Source of the DNA: Somniosus microcephalus
Lineage: Eukaryota
DNA length: 64,000 nucleotides
NCBI GenBank assembly: GCA_052327205.1
Contig: CM126214.1
Coordinates: 54,002,001-54,066,000 of the forward strand
Direction of reading: 5' to 3'
Positions within the stretch are counted from its first letter, which is position 1. Every line of letters begins with the position of its first letter. The translations under genes and the position numbers were made by a program. Shown here one piece after another: positions 46,922 to 59,400 of the stretch. Under the pieces are notes generated by a model. The model ran no database searches. It was not told the DNA's origin and saw nothing but the letters and a program-made list of their open reading frames with translations.

Positions 46922-49019
46922 GAATCAGTCTGGTGAACCTTCGCTGCACTCCCTCTATGGCAAGTATATCCTTTCTTAGGTAAGGAGACCAAAACTGCAC
47001 ACAGTACTCCAGGTGTGGTCTCACCAAAGCCCTGTATAGTAAGACATCCTTGCTCCTGTACTCAAATCCTCTTGCTATGAAGGCCAACATACCATTTGCC
47101 TTCCGAACTGCTTGCTGCACCTGCATGTTTGCTTTCAGTGACTGGTGTACAAGGACACCCAGGTCCCTTTGTACATCAATATTTCCCAATCTATCACCAT
47201 TTAAATAATACTCTGCCTTACTGTTTTTCCTACCGAAGTGGATAACTTCACGTTATACTGCATCTGCCATGTATTTGCCCACTCACTCAATTTGTCTAAA
47301 TCGCCTTGACGCCTCTTTGCATCCTCCTCACAACTCACAACCCCACCTACTTTCATGTCATCAGCAAACTTGGAAATATTACATTTGGTTCCCTCATCCA
47401 AATCATTGATATATATTGTGAATAGCTGGGGCCCAAGCACTGATCTCTGCGGTACCCCACTAGTCACCGTCTGCCACCCCGAAAGAGACCCATTTATTCC
47501 TACTCTCTGTTTCCTGTCTGTTTTCAATCCATGCCAGTATATTACCCCCAATCCCATGTGTTTTAATTTTGCACACTAACCTCTTATGTGGGACTTTATC
47601 AAAGGCCTTCTGAAAATCCAAATACACCACATCCACTGGTTCTCCCTTATCTATTCTACCAGTTACATCCTCAAAAACTCCAGTAAGTTTGTCAAACACG
47701 ATTTCCCTTTCATAAATCCATGTTGACTTTGTCTAATCCTGTTGATATTTTCTAAGTGTCCTGTTATCATATCCTTTATAATAGACTCTAGCATTTTCCC
47801 TACTACTGATGTTAGGCTAACCAGTCTGTAGTTCCCGGTTTCCTCTCTCCCTCCTTTTTTAAATAGTGGGGTTACATTTGCCACCCTCCAATCTGTAGGA
47901 ACTGTTCCATAATCTATAGAATTTTGGAAGGTGACAACCAATGCATCCACTGTTTCCATAGCTACCTCTTTTAGTACTCTGGGATGCAGATTATCAGGTC
48001 CTGGGGATTTATCGGCTTTCAGTCCCATTAATTTCTCCAGCACTATTTTTTTACTAATTTCCTTTAATTCATCCTTCTCACTAGACCCTTGATTCCCTAG
48101 CATTTCTGGGAAGTTCTGAAGACAGAACCAAAGTATTTGTTTAATTGCTCTGCCATTTCCTTGTTCCCCATTATAAATTCTCCCATTTCTGACTGTAAGG
48201 GACCTACATTTGACTTCACTAAACTTTTTCTTTTTACATACTTGTAGAAGTTTTTACAATCCGCTTTTATGTTCCTTGCAAGTTTACTCTCATACTCTAT
48301 TTTTCTCCTCTTAATCAATCTCTTGGTCCTTTTTTGCTGAATTCTAAACTGCTCCCAATCCTCAGGCTTGCTACTTTTTCTGGCAACTTTATACGACTCC
48401 TCTTTGGATATAATACTATCCTTAATTTCTTTTGTTAGCCATGGTTGGGCCGCTTTTCCTTTTGTGTTTTTGCACCAGAAAGGAATGTATAACTGTTGCA
48501 ATTCATGCATTCGTTCCTTAAATGTTAGCCATCGGTGACGATAGTTTGGAGATTGACAGATGCTTGTAAATTCCCAGCATCAGCTCCTTTTAAAAAACGG
48601 CACAAAATGACAGTGGGTTTTTTTCTTTTTTGAATATACTTTTGACTCTTGGATTTGTAACTGACCCTAGAACTATTTAAATTTATTGCATTGCAAGAGA
48701 GTATTTTGCCTATTGTGTCTGCGTCGGCATAGGTGAAGGTTTCTTTTTAAGATTGTGTTGCATCTGACGAACACTGAATGAAAGACTCTTATTTCTGTAC
48801 TAGTGTGGATCTCCTCTGACAGTGCTCACAGTAAGTGGATAATACAGTGTTTTATACAGAGTGTTACGCCATATAATTCACAATGCATTATTTCACTAAG
48901 GTGGAACTGTGTCCCTTTTAAGGCTGCAAAGTCTAATTCTTGTTAAGGCTCAGGTGTGATGGCTGCACACATATTATTAGCAGATCTTTTCTGGCATTCC
49001 TTATGGTGAGTCAGAGGAT

Positions 49020-49735
49020 ATATTGCTTTACAGTAATGGGGAAGTTATACCCAGTGTACTATCAGGGCTGTTATTTTACAGTAATGGGGTGTTATACTGT
49101 GAAAGAAAGAAAGACTTTCATTTATATAGCGCCTTTCACGATCACCAGAAGTGCCAAAATGCTTTGCAGCCAACAAAGTACTTTTTTGAAGTGAAGTCAC
49201 TGTTGTAATGTAGGAAACGCAGCAGCCAATTTGCGCACAGCAAGCTCCCACAAACAGTGATGTGATAATGACCAGATAATCAGTTTTTTAGTGCTGTTGA
49301 TTGAAGGATAAATATTGGCCAGAACACCCCTGCTCTTTTTCGAAATAGTGCCATGGGATCTTTTACATCCACCTGAGCGAGTAGACGGGGCCTCGGTTTA
49401 ACATCTGATCCGAAAGACGGCACCTCTGACAGTGCAGCACTCCCTCAGCACTGCACTGCAGTGCAGTGTCAGACTAGTATTTTTGTGCTCAAGTCTCAGG
49501 AGTGGGATTTGAAACTATAACCTTATGAGTCAGAGGTGAGGGTGCTACCAACTGAGCCACTGGCTGATACCCGGTCTATTATCAGAGCCATTGCTTTATA
49601 GTCATAGGGGAGTTATACTGTGTAACATTCAGTGTACTATCAGGGCCAATGTTTTACAGTATTGGGGGAGTTGTACCATGTATAACCCAGTGTATTATCA
49701 GGATCATTATTTTACAGTAATGGAGTGTTATATTA
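49020..49735. repeat. Degenerate minisatellite (about 47-57 bp unit) split by a SINE
   Basis: tttacagtaatgggg..ttata..cagtgtactatcaggg recurs at 49021-49100 and 49575-49735. Confidence 0.65.
49103..49570 (-). mobile_element. DeuSINE, full length
   Basis: (aaag)n tail, conserved core, tRNA-like head. Confidence 0.92.
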
Positions 49736-50219
49736 TGGGCACAGAAAGCCTATACATTGGAATATCAGTAGCCTATTTGACTGTGGAGAGCTTTACAGGC
49801 AAGTTTGAGCTCACCTTCACCCAATGTCCCCATCTGCAGCCAGATGTCCCGAAGCCAGTTTAAGTACCTGTACTGCTGTCAGCCAGAGATCGCTCAACTC
49901 AGCACAGAACAGGAATTCCTGGAACTTTCAATTCAAGCATAAGCGACTACAATTAATCCAAAGCCTGTTAAGCAGATAAGATGTGTGCTACAACCAATGT
50001 ATCAGTGAAAGGTGTAGGGGAATAACTAGCAGATAAACCTTCGACATATAGGGTCCTCCTAGTACCTGGAGTATGTACTCAGTGTCATCTACGGTGATGA
50101 GGAGTCAGAGAGCAAGAATGGCCTGAGTACAAAGAGAAAAAAAGAGGAGGAAGAATGATCAAGGGGCTCATTGCTCAGAGGATTGAAAAAATCTCAACGG
50201 ATCGGGAACGGAACAGGTA

Positions 50220-50610
50220 AATCCCTCAACCAACATCCTAAAACAGATTATCTGGACATTAGCTCATTGCTGTTTGTGGGAGCTTGCTGTGCACCAATTG
50301 ACTGCCACATTTCCTACAATACAATAGTGACTACACTTCAAAAAATGCCATGGAGGTCTCCTAGTGTCTCACTTCAGAGGCTCAGGCAGCACCCACACCT
50401 GAAGCTTTTTGCTGTGAAATAAAGACAGTCTTGCATTGATACAGTGCTTATCACCACCTCAGGACCTCTTAAACTGCTTTACAGCCAATTAACTACTTTT
50501 GTTTTTCAATTGTAGGAAACACAGCAGCCAATTTGAGCACAGCAAGCTCCCACAAACAGCAATATGATAATGACCAGGTGAGCTGTTTTAGTGATGTCGG
50601 TTGAGAGATT
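50220..50610. mobile_element. Two partial DeuSINEs, tail to tail (+ 50220-50345; - 50420-50610)
   Basis: cattgctgtttgtgggagcttgctgtgc and its reverse complement. Confidence 0.75.
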
Positions 50611-51004
50611 TACATGTGTCGTTCCCAATCCAGTGAGATTTTAAAACGCCCAATTTTTTAAGTGTAATAGGTGTCCCCTGAGTAATGGCAGGGGACTCAG
50701 GGATTTATCCAGATTGGGATCCACAGTACTACGCACGGGGAGATGATGCATGAAAGTCTTTGATGTGATTTAAGCAGAGAATCGACACAGTTCTCTCCGA
50801 ATGCTCGACTTTCCAGAGTATTTGGGTCCAAGGGGCAACACTGGCAGCATCAGCTGGCATTGCATGACTGGGATGCATTTTTAGTCTTCCTGCTCTTTCC
50901 CTTCTGGAAGCGTTAACCTGTATTTGATGACAGAGGGCAACAGTCAAGCTCAAGGCTGTCCTCACCCACACACCCACACACACACGGCAGGGTCACCGTA
51001 TAAA

Positions 51005-51951
51005 TGTAAGAAGTCACACAACACCAGGTTATAGTCCAACAGCTTTATTTGAAATCACAAGCTTTCGGAGCGCTGCTCCTTCTTCAGGTGAAGTGGAGAA
51101 ATGCATAAAGACACAGCTTATATAGTCAGAGAATCATGTCAGATGTTTACAGGTAACCTTTCCAACTGCCATTTATCACACCTCGGCAGAGAGATAATCA
51201 CAGCAGTCAAAGGTGTGAATGGTGTCCAAACAGGTCAGTCAGGGAAACATTACATCAAAGAACAATGAGGTGGGGTCACAAGGGGTCAAATATTGCAGAT
51301 GCTGGGGTCTGTATGAAAAACAAAAAAACAGACAAAAAACATTTTTTTGGGCTGGAGATCACAGCAGGTCCGGCCGCATCTGTGTAGAGAGAACAAGCCA
51401 ATGTCGACTCGAGTCTGGATGACCCTGCGTCAGGTGGGGTTACATGTAGCGTGACGCTACATGTCACGCTACATGTAACCCCACCTGATGCAGGGTCATC
51501 CAGACTCGAGTCGACATTGGCTTGTTCTCTCTACACAGATGCGGCCGGGCCTGCTGTGATCTCCAGCCAAAAAAAATGTTTTTTGTCTGTTTTTTTGTTT
51601 TTCATACAGACCCCAGCATCTGCAATATTTGACCCCTTGTGACCCCACCTCATTGTTCTTTGATGTAATGTTTCCCTGACTGACCTGTTTGGACACCATT
51701 CACACCTTTGACTGCTGTGATTATCTCTCTGCCGAGGTGTGATAAATGGCAGTTGGAAAGGTTACCTGTAAACATCTGACATGATTCTCTGACTATATAA
51801 GCTGTGTCTTTATGCATTTCTCCACTTCACCTGAAGAAGGAGCAGCGCTCCGAAAGCTTGTGATTTCAAATAAAGCTGTTGGACTATAACCTGGTGTTGT
51901 GTGACTTCTTACATTTGTCCACCCCAGTCCAACTCCGGCATCTCCACACCA
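51005..51951 (+). mobile_element. Penelope-like non-autonomous insertion made of inverted pLTRs (454-bp-arm palindrome), 12-bp TSD
   Basis: Arms 51002-51455 and 51463-51916 with a 7-nt spacer; 35-bp extra tail on the right; TCACCGTATAAA at 50993-51004 and 51952-51963. Confidence 0.9.
51827..51863 (+). ncRNA. Minimal hammerhead ribozyme (mirror copy on the - strand at about 51055-51091)
   Basis: TCAC-CTGAAGA-A-GGAGC-AGC-GCTCC-GAAAGCTT-GTGA. Confidence 0.7.
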
Positions 51952-53944
51952 TCACCGTATAAAGATCAGGGAGAGGATTTTAACTCCCCCACCAAGCAGC
52001 AAGCAGTTAAAATGAAGCGGGTGACTTCCGCCGGTGGACTGGCCGTTTTGATCGGGGAGACGGCCAGCAGCATGTTAATCGGCTGGGCCTCCAGCTGCCG
52101 CTCCCGGGCGGGCTGGCCACTCGTTAATCCGCATTCCCCCCGCCAACAGTTAAAGTCCCCCTGGAACCCCTGGGTATTTTCCCCTCTCTCTCTCAGCCAA
52201 AGTCAATGAGGCCAATTGTACCATCCCAGCTGCTGCCTCAGCTTACACGGCCCAGACTGGCAATCAAACCTGGGACCATCTTGTCCACATGGCTCGGTGC
52301 CACACCACCCAGTGCACCCTGCTTAATTTTCTGAAAAAACTCTCCCTTTTAAGTAAAAGATTTAGATATATTTTTGCTGACTTTTGTGCTCATCAAGGTG
52401 AGGGACCTCAGTGTTGAGGGGGCGGGATTGGGCACTTTCAGTTCGGACACCCAGGGTCAGCATGAAGCACTGTCCCAGGGGAGTTACAGCAAAGTTAGAT
52501 GAAGATTAAAGCTCCCTCTGTTCTGTCCCAACAATGTGCCTTAGCCCCAGTGCCAGAAGAGCGCCCCCTACTGCACCAGTGTGGCATTTGCCCATCTCCC
52601 ATACCAGCCATTTACATGGCTTCTCTGAGTCAGATTGCCAAATTAGTGCTGGTATTGAGCTGTGGACCCATGCCCAATGGTTGACTCATTTGACGTCAGA
52701 CTGTCATAGCTGGCAGAGAGGAGGCCTTCATCCATCACTCTGGCCTGGATTCAAACCCAGGTTCCAGAGATGAAGGGGCAGCTTGCTAAATTCATATGCC
52801 AGCCCTTTTTTACATTTTTTAATATTTTAGAAACAGCACAACTTTGCATTATCCTTGAAACCAGCATGAAAAACTTAGTGTCTTATACCTGAAAAATCTT
52901 CAAATGACATGCACTGCCATGGGATGGGGGGTGGGAGTTTGTCTGGTTTTGTACAGGCACTTGGTACACCTGCCTGCTGTCCCATCACACCACCACTAAG
53001 CCTTTGACCTTCAGCGCAATTTTAGCTTATAATATTGACTTGTGTGTGTGTTTTTGAATCCCTTAAAGGGACACTGTCTTTGTTACTAGGAAGAGAGAGG
53101 AGTTAAAAATCGTGTGCTAGTAACACATTTTTGTGATGCAACGACAAGTTTCCATGGAAGCCACAATCAGTATTTTGAGTATTTGCCAAGAACCTTTGAA
53201 TAAAGATATTGTCACTTTAATTGGTTCACATTACTTTCCTCCATGCAGCCAGCAATTCCCAACAGCTCCCATTCTCCAATCTGCCAGCAACTGATTGTTT
53301 GTGACTGAACATATGTTTCTTGTGAGATTGGAGACGTTCAGCTTTTCCTTCTGTCCAAGGCGGACCGTGACCCTGTAGCAAAGCAGTTCGCAAACAGCCT
53401 GATCAACAGCACATAAAGCCTTGCTTTAAATGGCTGTCGGATCTGAAGATTTAACCTTGTGGAGATAGTGAACTGATCTTTGTACAGCTTCTACATTTGC
53501 CCCTACTTTATCCTTACCACCCCTGAAACTACCATTCATGATTTTGTTATCACAAGACTCAATTTCTCCAAAGTTCTCATTGGGTTTTCCAGCTGAACAT
53601 AACTCACATTCTAACTCTTCCAGAACTCTGAGCCTATCTTGTACCAAGTCCTACACACCCATCATCGCTGTCCTCACCAAAGTCTTCCACTGGCTCTTTG
53701 CCTCCACCCCAGCATATCAACTTTAAAATCCTCGATCTTGTCTTCACAAGATAGATCTGGATGATGGAGGACAAATGGCTCAACCAGAAAGACCCTGCAG
53801 GTGCCCCCCCCCCGCATCATGGCATCCCATTTTCCTTAAATGATTCCAGGGTTTTTACTTCCACTGATTTGGGAATGTATTCCATGTCCTTGTATGAAGA
53901 ACTTCTTCACATCAATTCTAAATTTGATTTTTACTATTTTGAAT

Positions 53945-54156
53945 CTTGTTTTTTTATATTCGTACATGAGATGTGGGCGTCACTGGCAAGGCCAGCATTT
54001 ATTGTCCATCTCTAGTTGCCTTTGAGAAGGTGGTGGTGAGCTGCCTTCTTGAACCGCTGCAGTCCGTGTGGTGAAGGTACTCCCACGGTGCTGTTAGGGA
54101 GGGAGTTCCAGGATTGTGACCCAGCGACGATGAAGGAACGGCGATATATTTCCAAG
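53945..54156 (-). mobile_element. LINE 3' end fragment (same family as 34325-34780)
   Basis: Reverse complement of 34580-34775. Confidence 0.75.
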
Positions 54157-54479
54157 TCTGTCTCGCCTTGTCCTATTCTTATGGTTTACATTGAGGTTCT
54201 CATTCCAAGTCATTTGCTTAAATTAGAAACAGTAAGATCGATCCCGGGGGCAGCCCATTCAGCACTTTACCCCACCTAAATTTTCCAACATAACTCCCAT
54301 AGCAAGTACCTGCTCCTTCCTATTCTTCAGACAATTTCTTATCCATTCTCAAAGCCTTCCTCAGTTTTGCTCCACTCTACCTCTACAATGTTCTCTCGTA
54401 CTGCATCCCATCATGAAGCCTCAACTCTTCTGCCCGATTCCCACCACCCTCTGCTCCAACACAGGTGACAGCCTTCAGA

Positions 54480-54890
54480 GAGAGAAAGAAAGACATTTCC
54501 GTGCTGTAACATTCTATGTAATTTCTACACTGCCTTTCACGACCACTGGACCTCCCAAAGCACTTTACAGCCAATGAAGTATTTTTTGAAGTGTAGTCAA
54601 TGTAATGTAGAAAATGCAGCAGCCAATTTGCGCACAGCAAGCTCCCAGAAACAGCAATGAGATAATGACCAGATAATCTGTTTTTATAGTGATGTTAGTT
54701 GAGGAAATAGTGCCATGTGATCTTTTACATCCACCTGAGAGGGCAGAACATCTCATTCAGAAGACAGAACCTCCAGCAGTGCAGTACTGTGAAGTGTCAG
54801 CCTGAATTACCTGCTTAAGTAACTGTCTGGAGTGGGGCTTGAACCCATAACTTTGTGACTCGGAGGTGAGAGTACTTCCACTTTCAACTG
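54480..54890 (-). mobile_element. DeuSINE with internal deletions
   Basis: Matches the other copies. Confidence 0.8.
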
Positions 54891-55207
54891 TGCCTTCAGC
54901 ACTTCCCCCTAATTGCTCCCCTACTTTTTGCTCAGTGTCCACTGCTCTCCCTGTAATGTGCCTTGGAACGTTTTGTTATGTGAAAGGTGCTATACAAATG
55001 TAAGTTCTTGATTTGAGGAGAATTCTCCTCAGAAAGTCCCTTTAAGAAAGAATTTCCCTTCAGCAATTAACTTGCTAGTTTAATTTTATATATAGGTATA
55101 TACACACCGATAATATGTACATTATACCCTGGAAAATGTACACTATATAATACGAACAGATAGGATATAGGCCGAACTTCAAAGCTGCCTAACTTTTACG
55201 TCCGTAA

Positions 55208-55405
55208 ACGAAAGACTTGCATTTATATAGTGCCTTTCACAACCACTGGATATCCCAAAGCGCTTTACATCCAATGAGGTACTTTTGAAGTGTAGACACA
55301 GTTGTAATGTAGGAAACACAGCAGCCAATTTACACACAGCAAGCTCCCACAAACAGCAATGTGATAATGACCAGGTCATCTGGTTTTATGATGTTGATTG
55401 AGGGA
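55208..55405 (-). mobile_element. DeuSINE 3' half
   Basis: aaagacttgcatttatatag...gataatgaccag. Confidence 0.85.
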
Positions 55406-55499
55406 TTCAAAACACCATCCAAAGAAGTAAAATGATATTGAGTGAGGAATTCCGCACCGATATCTGCTGATTTAAACCCCATCACTTCCCTAGAGAAGG

Positions 55500-55680
55500 C
55501 TCCTTTAAGAGGGAGGACTGTCGATTTAAGAGGGAACCGGTGCCCTCGTCACGTGTTGCGGGCGTGCTCCCTTCCGTTCCCGCCTCACGCCGCATGACGC
55601 GTTGACGTCGAGGGGGGGACGCGACTCGAGTGATGTCAAGACGCCGGAGTTCTGAATGACATCACCCCTTGGTGCCTGGT
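55500..55680 (+). promoter_or_regulatory. Putative CpG-rich Pol II promoter with clustered CRE/ATF-like and E-box sites
   Basis: Local CpG cluster in non-repetitive DNA; GTCACGTG (55548), TGACGC (55595), TGACGTCG (55603), TGATGTCA (55631), TGACATCA (55657). Confidence 0.6.
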
Positions 55681-55834
55681 AATGCTGAGAGTGGAGAGAG
55701 GCTGAGAGCAGTGAGAACAGGGAGAGTCTGCAAGCAGCACACACACACAATCACACTGGGATTACACTGCACTGCAAAAAAAAGGGATTATTCACCAGAA
55801 AAATGTAAAGGAAAAGCAGGAACATTTTTACCAG
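55680..55834 (+). other. Putative non-coding first exon of an unidentified gene (start approximate)
   Basis: Follows the promoter-like cluster; ends at donor CAG|GTAAAT; about 3 kb of TE-poor DNA follows. Confidence 0.45.
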
Positions 55835-58149
55835 GTAAATGCTTGATTCTCTCTTTCTTTCCCATTTCAATGCATTTTGGTTGTGTGGGGATGTGTGAGG
55901 GAGGGGATTTAAATTCCTTTGTATTCCTGCTGTGATGGGGTTTTTTGCACTTGATTTCTTGCAAGGGTTTTTTTGTGTGTTGCAGCGAGTGGGAGAGGAG
56001 ACTGCAATGCCCTGCTCTGGAAATGCTCCATTTGTACGAAAGGAAGGAGCAAAGGAGCTTTTGCAGGCTTACTTTGTCTTTTTGAATTTAGATAAATTCT
56101 TGCACAGAGTGAATAGGGAGAGATTTGTCCTACAGGACTCCAGAGGTGATATGCTGGGCAGATATAGAGATTCCGTGTGTGTGTGTGTGTGCATGCATGG
56201 GGATGAGGAGAGAAAGAAACAGCAGCTGGGCAGGCTGTGAGTGAGGGGTTTAAATGGGCAAGGATGCAGTGGTCTCTGCATCTGACTGGCAGGAGTGAAA
56301 AGGAACGGTCTCTTAGACTGGGAAGGTGAGCTCAGAACTGTGACTAGGATGGGGCACTTCAGGGATGGACTGGGAGGTTGTAGAAGGGGGAGGAAGATAC
56401 TATTTGTGGGGCAAATACTATGGGATGGGGCGGTCTATGGTCTTTCCAGATCTTGCCCCTCAAGACTTTGTACGAGAAAGAGAGACTGAGAGGCTAGTGC
56501 TCCTGTCACCAGATGGTTCCGGAGAGTCAACATTTAATAAAATGTGTATTTGCCCTACGTTGGGTTGATTTTTAGGTTAAATATTTTGGGAACTATTGAT
56601 CTGTTTGTTAACATTTACTTTGCAATGCCCCATTGCTTTCTCAATGATGCTTAAATATTTTAGATATGGGAATGGACCAGGAGCCTTCAGTCTGCAAGTT
56701 GTCTTTTTGTCCCACATTAGCTATTGATGGATCCTGCAGGATGAATGTTGCAAATGGATGGAGTGTTTTTTTAAATAGACAGATAGTGGGGATGCAAGGG
56801 CAGGAAATGCGTGAATGGAGAGGGGTGATTCTTGTATGCGAGAGGGACAGGTCTGAGATCAGCGTATTTTTTAAAAAAAAAGCGAGACAAACCCAGTGGA
56901 AATAACGTGTGCGCCCCTTCCTGTTAAAACATTTGCCCGGTACGAATTGCCTAGCACTGGTCGTGACAGCTGATTCATTAACCAGATTGCGTGCAACTCT
57001 GCCAAGCTTCATATTTAAGGAAGGGATTGATGAAGATCAGATATACACATGGATCACTGGCTCAATATACATTGCAAGTGATTGCTTCCTTTTACTTTTG
57101 GCTAGAGGGGAATTGTCTTGGAGAGAGGAGATGGGGTGTTATTGGATCTTTTCTATTGCAACTGTGCTTCCTCCTGTGTTTTGTAGCATTTAGTAAGTGC
57201 AGGGGCAAAAATAGACTTGAAGAATCGCCTTCATTGACCTCTTGTATGGGAGATCGATTGTCTTGGTTTGCCTTTATTGGGGAAAGATGTGTAGAGGAAT
57301 AAACATCACTTAAATAGATGTGTTTGTTTTCATCGGGTATGCCAGTATTAATATGCCATAAAAAAGGTTTATCAATAACAACTCTGCACTATTTTTTAAA
57401 GATATGATCGAAGATTAAAGTCTCTTTCCCTGAAAGATGTTTTAATGCTAAAGTCTGCCTGCAAATTATTGGAGGAACTTGATTAACATTGATTTTCGCT
57501 CTCCCTCAAATCGTAGAGCTATGAAAATGAGCGAAGGTTTAGCATTCATTTTTGTAATTGTGATTCTGGAGACTTCAATATTCTCTTTCTTTCCTTCCCC
57601 TCCCACCCCCACTCCTCCGCTCTCTTTCTCTCCCCCTCTCCTCTCGTCTCCCCATCCCCTCCCTCTGATGTGGGTGAGACTAATCAGTTCAAACAGGCAG
57701 TGATTAACCCATGATGTCCTGACTTTTTCTTCGCAACTTCTGCTTAACCTTCATGAATGGTGTTCAAGAAACGCAACTGTGTTCTGAGAAACGCAGAGAC
57801 CCCCGGGTGGCTGCTCCCCCCCCCCCCCCCCCAACCAACCCCCCACACCCACACACATTTCCCAGCAAAAAAAAAAATCATCTTTTGATGTAAGGAGCCT
57901 GTTGGTATCTATTCCTGGAGATTTAACACTGGCTTTTGCAGTGTGGGGAGTGAACAGTGTTCCGTTATATTAGTGGCAGTCACCAGCTTTGGTAAACAGT
58001 AATTTCTGATAACAGTAATTGATCTGATGGTGTGTCTCAGTGTGTTTTTCCTAGGGGATGAAGTTACTAATTATTTTAGTTGATCGTTAGTGAAGTAGAT
58101 TTTTCATTCCTGTCCTTTTTTGTCTGTCTCTCTTTGCCGTTCACTGTAG

Positions 58150-58201
58150 CAGGAGCAAACGGCGCTGTGGAGAGCCAAATCTTCTGAATGGGCAGTAGCG
58201 G
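58150..58201 (+). other. Putative small exon 2, possibly containing the start codon (MGSSG...)
   Basis: Long polypyrimidine tract plus TAG|CAG tandem acceptor; ATG at 58188; donor CGG|GTGAGC at 58202. Confidence 0.45.
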
Positions 58202-58734
58202 GTGAGCACTTGCTCTTTATCCAGGTGTTTGCGTTGGGCAGATGTTGTGCCCCTATGTGACTGAGTGGACCGCTTTATTTTGAAAGGGACGCTGATGGTA
58301 GCTTGGACAGGCTGACTCTTTGCCGGTCAAAGAAGAACTCGCCACGTCTGCGCTGTTGACACCGTCACCGTGCTGGCTGTCAGTGGGGTGGAGGGGGTGG
58401 GGGAGGTGAGTCACCCTGCGCCGGACATCGTGCCCGCTTCGGTACGGAATATCGCCAACCCAATTTTAAAAGAAGAAATAGTTCACCGTTGGTGCGTGGT
58501 TGCATGCCCCCCTGTTTGTTTCCAGCCCCGGTGAGTTGTCCAGCCGGGTGCCGCGCCTGGTGGCGGTGCCAGTCGATGGCCGCACACTGCATCATGAGAA
58601 ATGGAATTGTCCTCCGAAGTTGAATCCACGCTTATTGTCGTAGGCACTGGATGCGACGGGTAATGCCGTAGAAATGGGCAAAGGGGTCTGTCTGCAATTG
58701 TCACACGACTACAGAGCCTAGTACTGTTTTATCA

Positions 58735-59062
58735 GTCTCTCTTTCGAGTGAGACGTTAAACCAAGGCCCCGTCTGCCCTCTCAGGTGGATGTAAAAGATC
58801 CCACGGCCACTATTTGAAGAAGAGCAGGGGAGTTCTTCACCGGTGTCCTGGCCAATATTTATCTCTCAACCAACATCACTAACGCAGATTATCTGGTCAT
58901 TATCACATTGCTGTTTGTGGGAGCTTGCTGTGCGCAATTGGCTGCCGTGTTTCCCACATTACAACAGCGACTACACTTCAAAACAGTACTTCATTGGCTG
59001 GAAATTGCTTTGGGACGTCCGGAGGTCACGAAGGGCGCTATATAAATGCAAGTTCTTTTGTT
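58735..59062 (+). mobile_element. DeuSINE lacking its head
   Basis: Core and tail match the other copies. Confidence 0.88.
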
Positions 59063-59400
59063 TTTACAAAGCCGAGTACTGTCCTACCACAAATAAATTG
59101 ACACCTGTGCATCTGCGTACAGCGAGCAAGAACGCTTGCTGCTGACCAGGAAACCCTCCCCCGGGGCTGATTTCTGCCCCTGTCTGCGTTCCGCTGGGCC
59201 TTAGCGGAGCGCCCAGCTCCTGCTCCGCGGATCTCACCTGCCTGATTTACTGAGCCTGGCTGCTGGGAAGACTTTTTTTTTTAAACTGAACACTGCGAAT
59301 CCCGTGTTGTTTGCGTTGTGGGGGGAGGTGGGCCATCGGCTGCATTTGGAGTGGTGTGCCGGGAGCCAGCGGCGCCAGCCAGGCCAGTATAAAAGCAGCT

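Larger units (their letters stand above)
42973..48533 (-). mobile_element. 5'-truncated degenerate CR1 LINE interrupted twice (MITE in its tail; LTR insertion at 44077-46921)
   Basis: ORF2 pieces at 48097-48510, 47663-48103, 47201-47699, 46917-47189 and 43749-44076; tail catagaaacata..agaaaaatagg split by 42986-43616. Confidence 0.92.

Noticed and set aside
51219-51699. Paired near-identical 63-67 aa ORFs on both strands
   Set aside because: By-product of the palindrome; no recognisable protein motifs.
58188-58201. Assigning MGSSG to a specific gene such as RASGRP3
   Set aside because: Five codons are not enough, and no downstream exon could be identified in the window.
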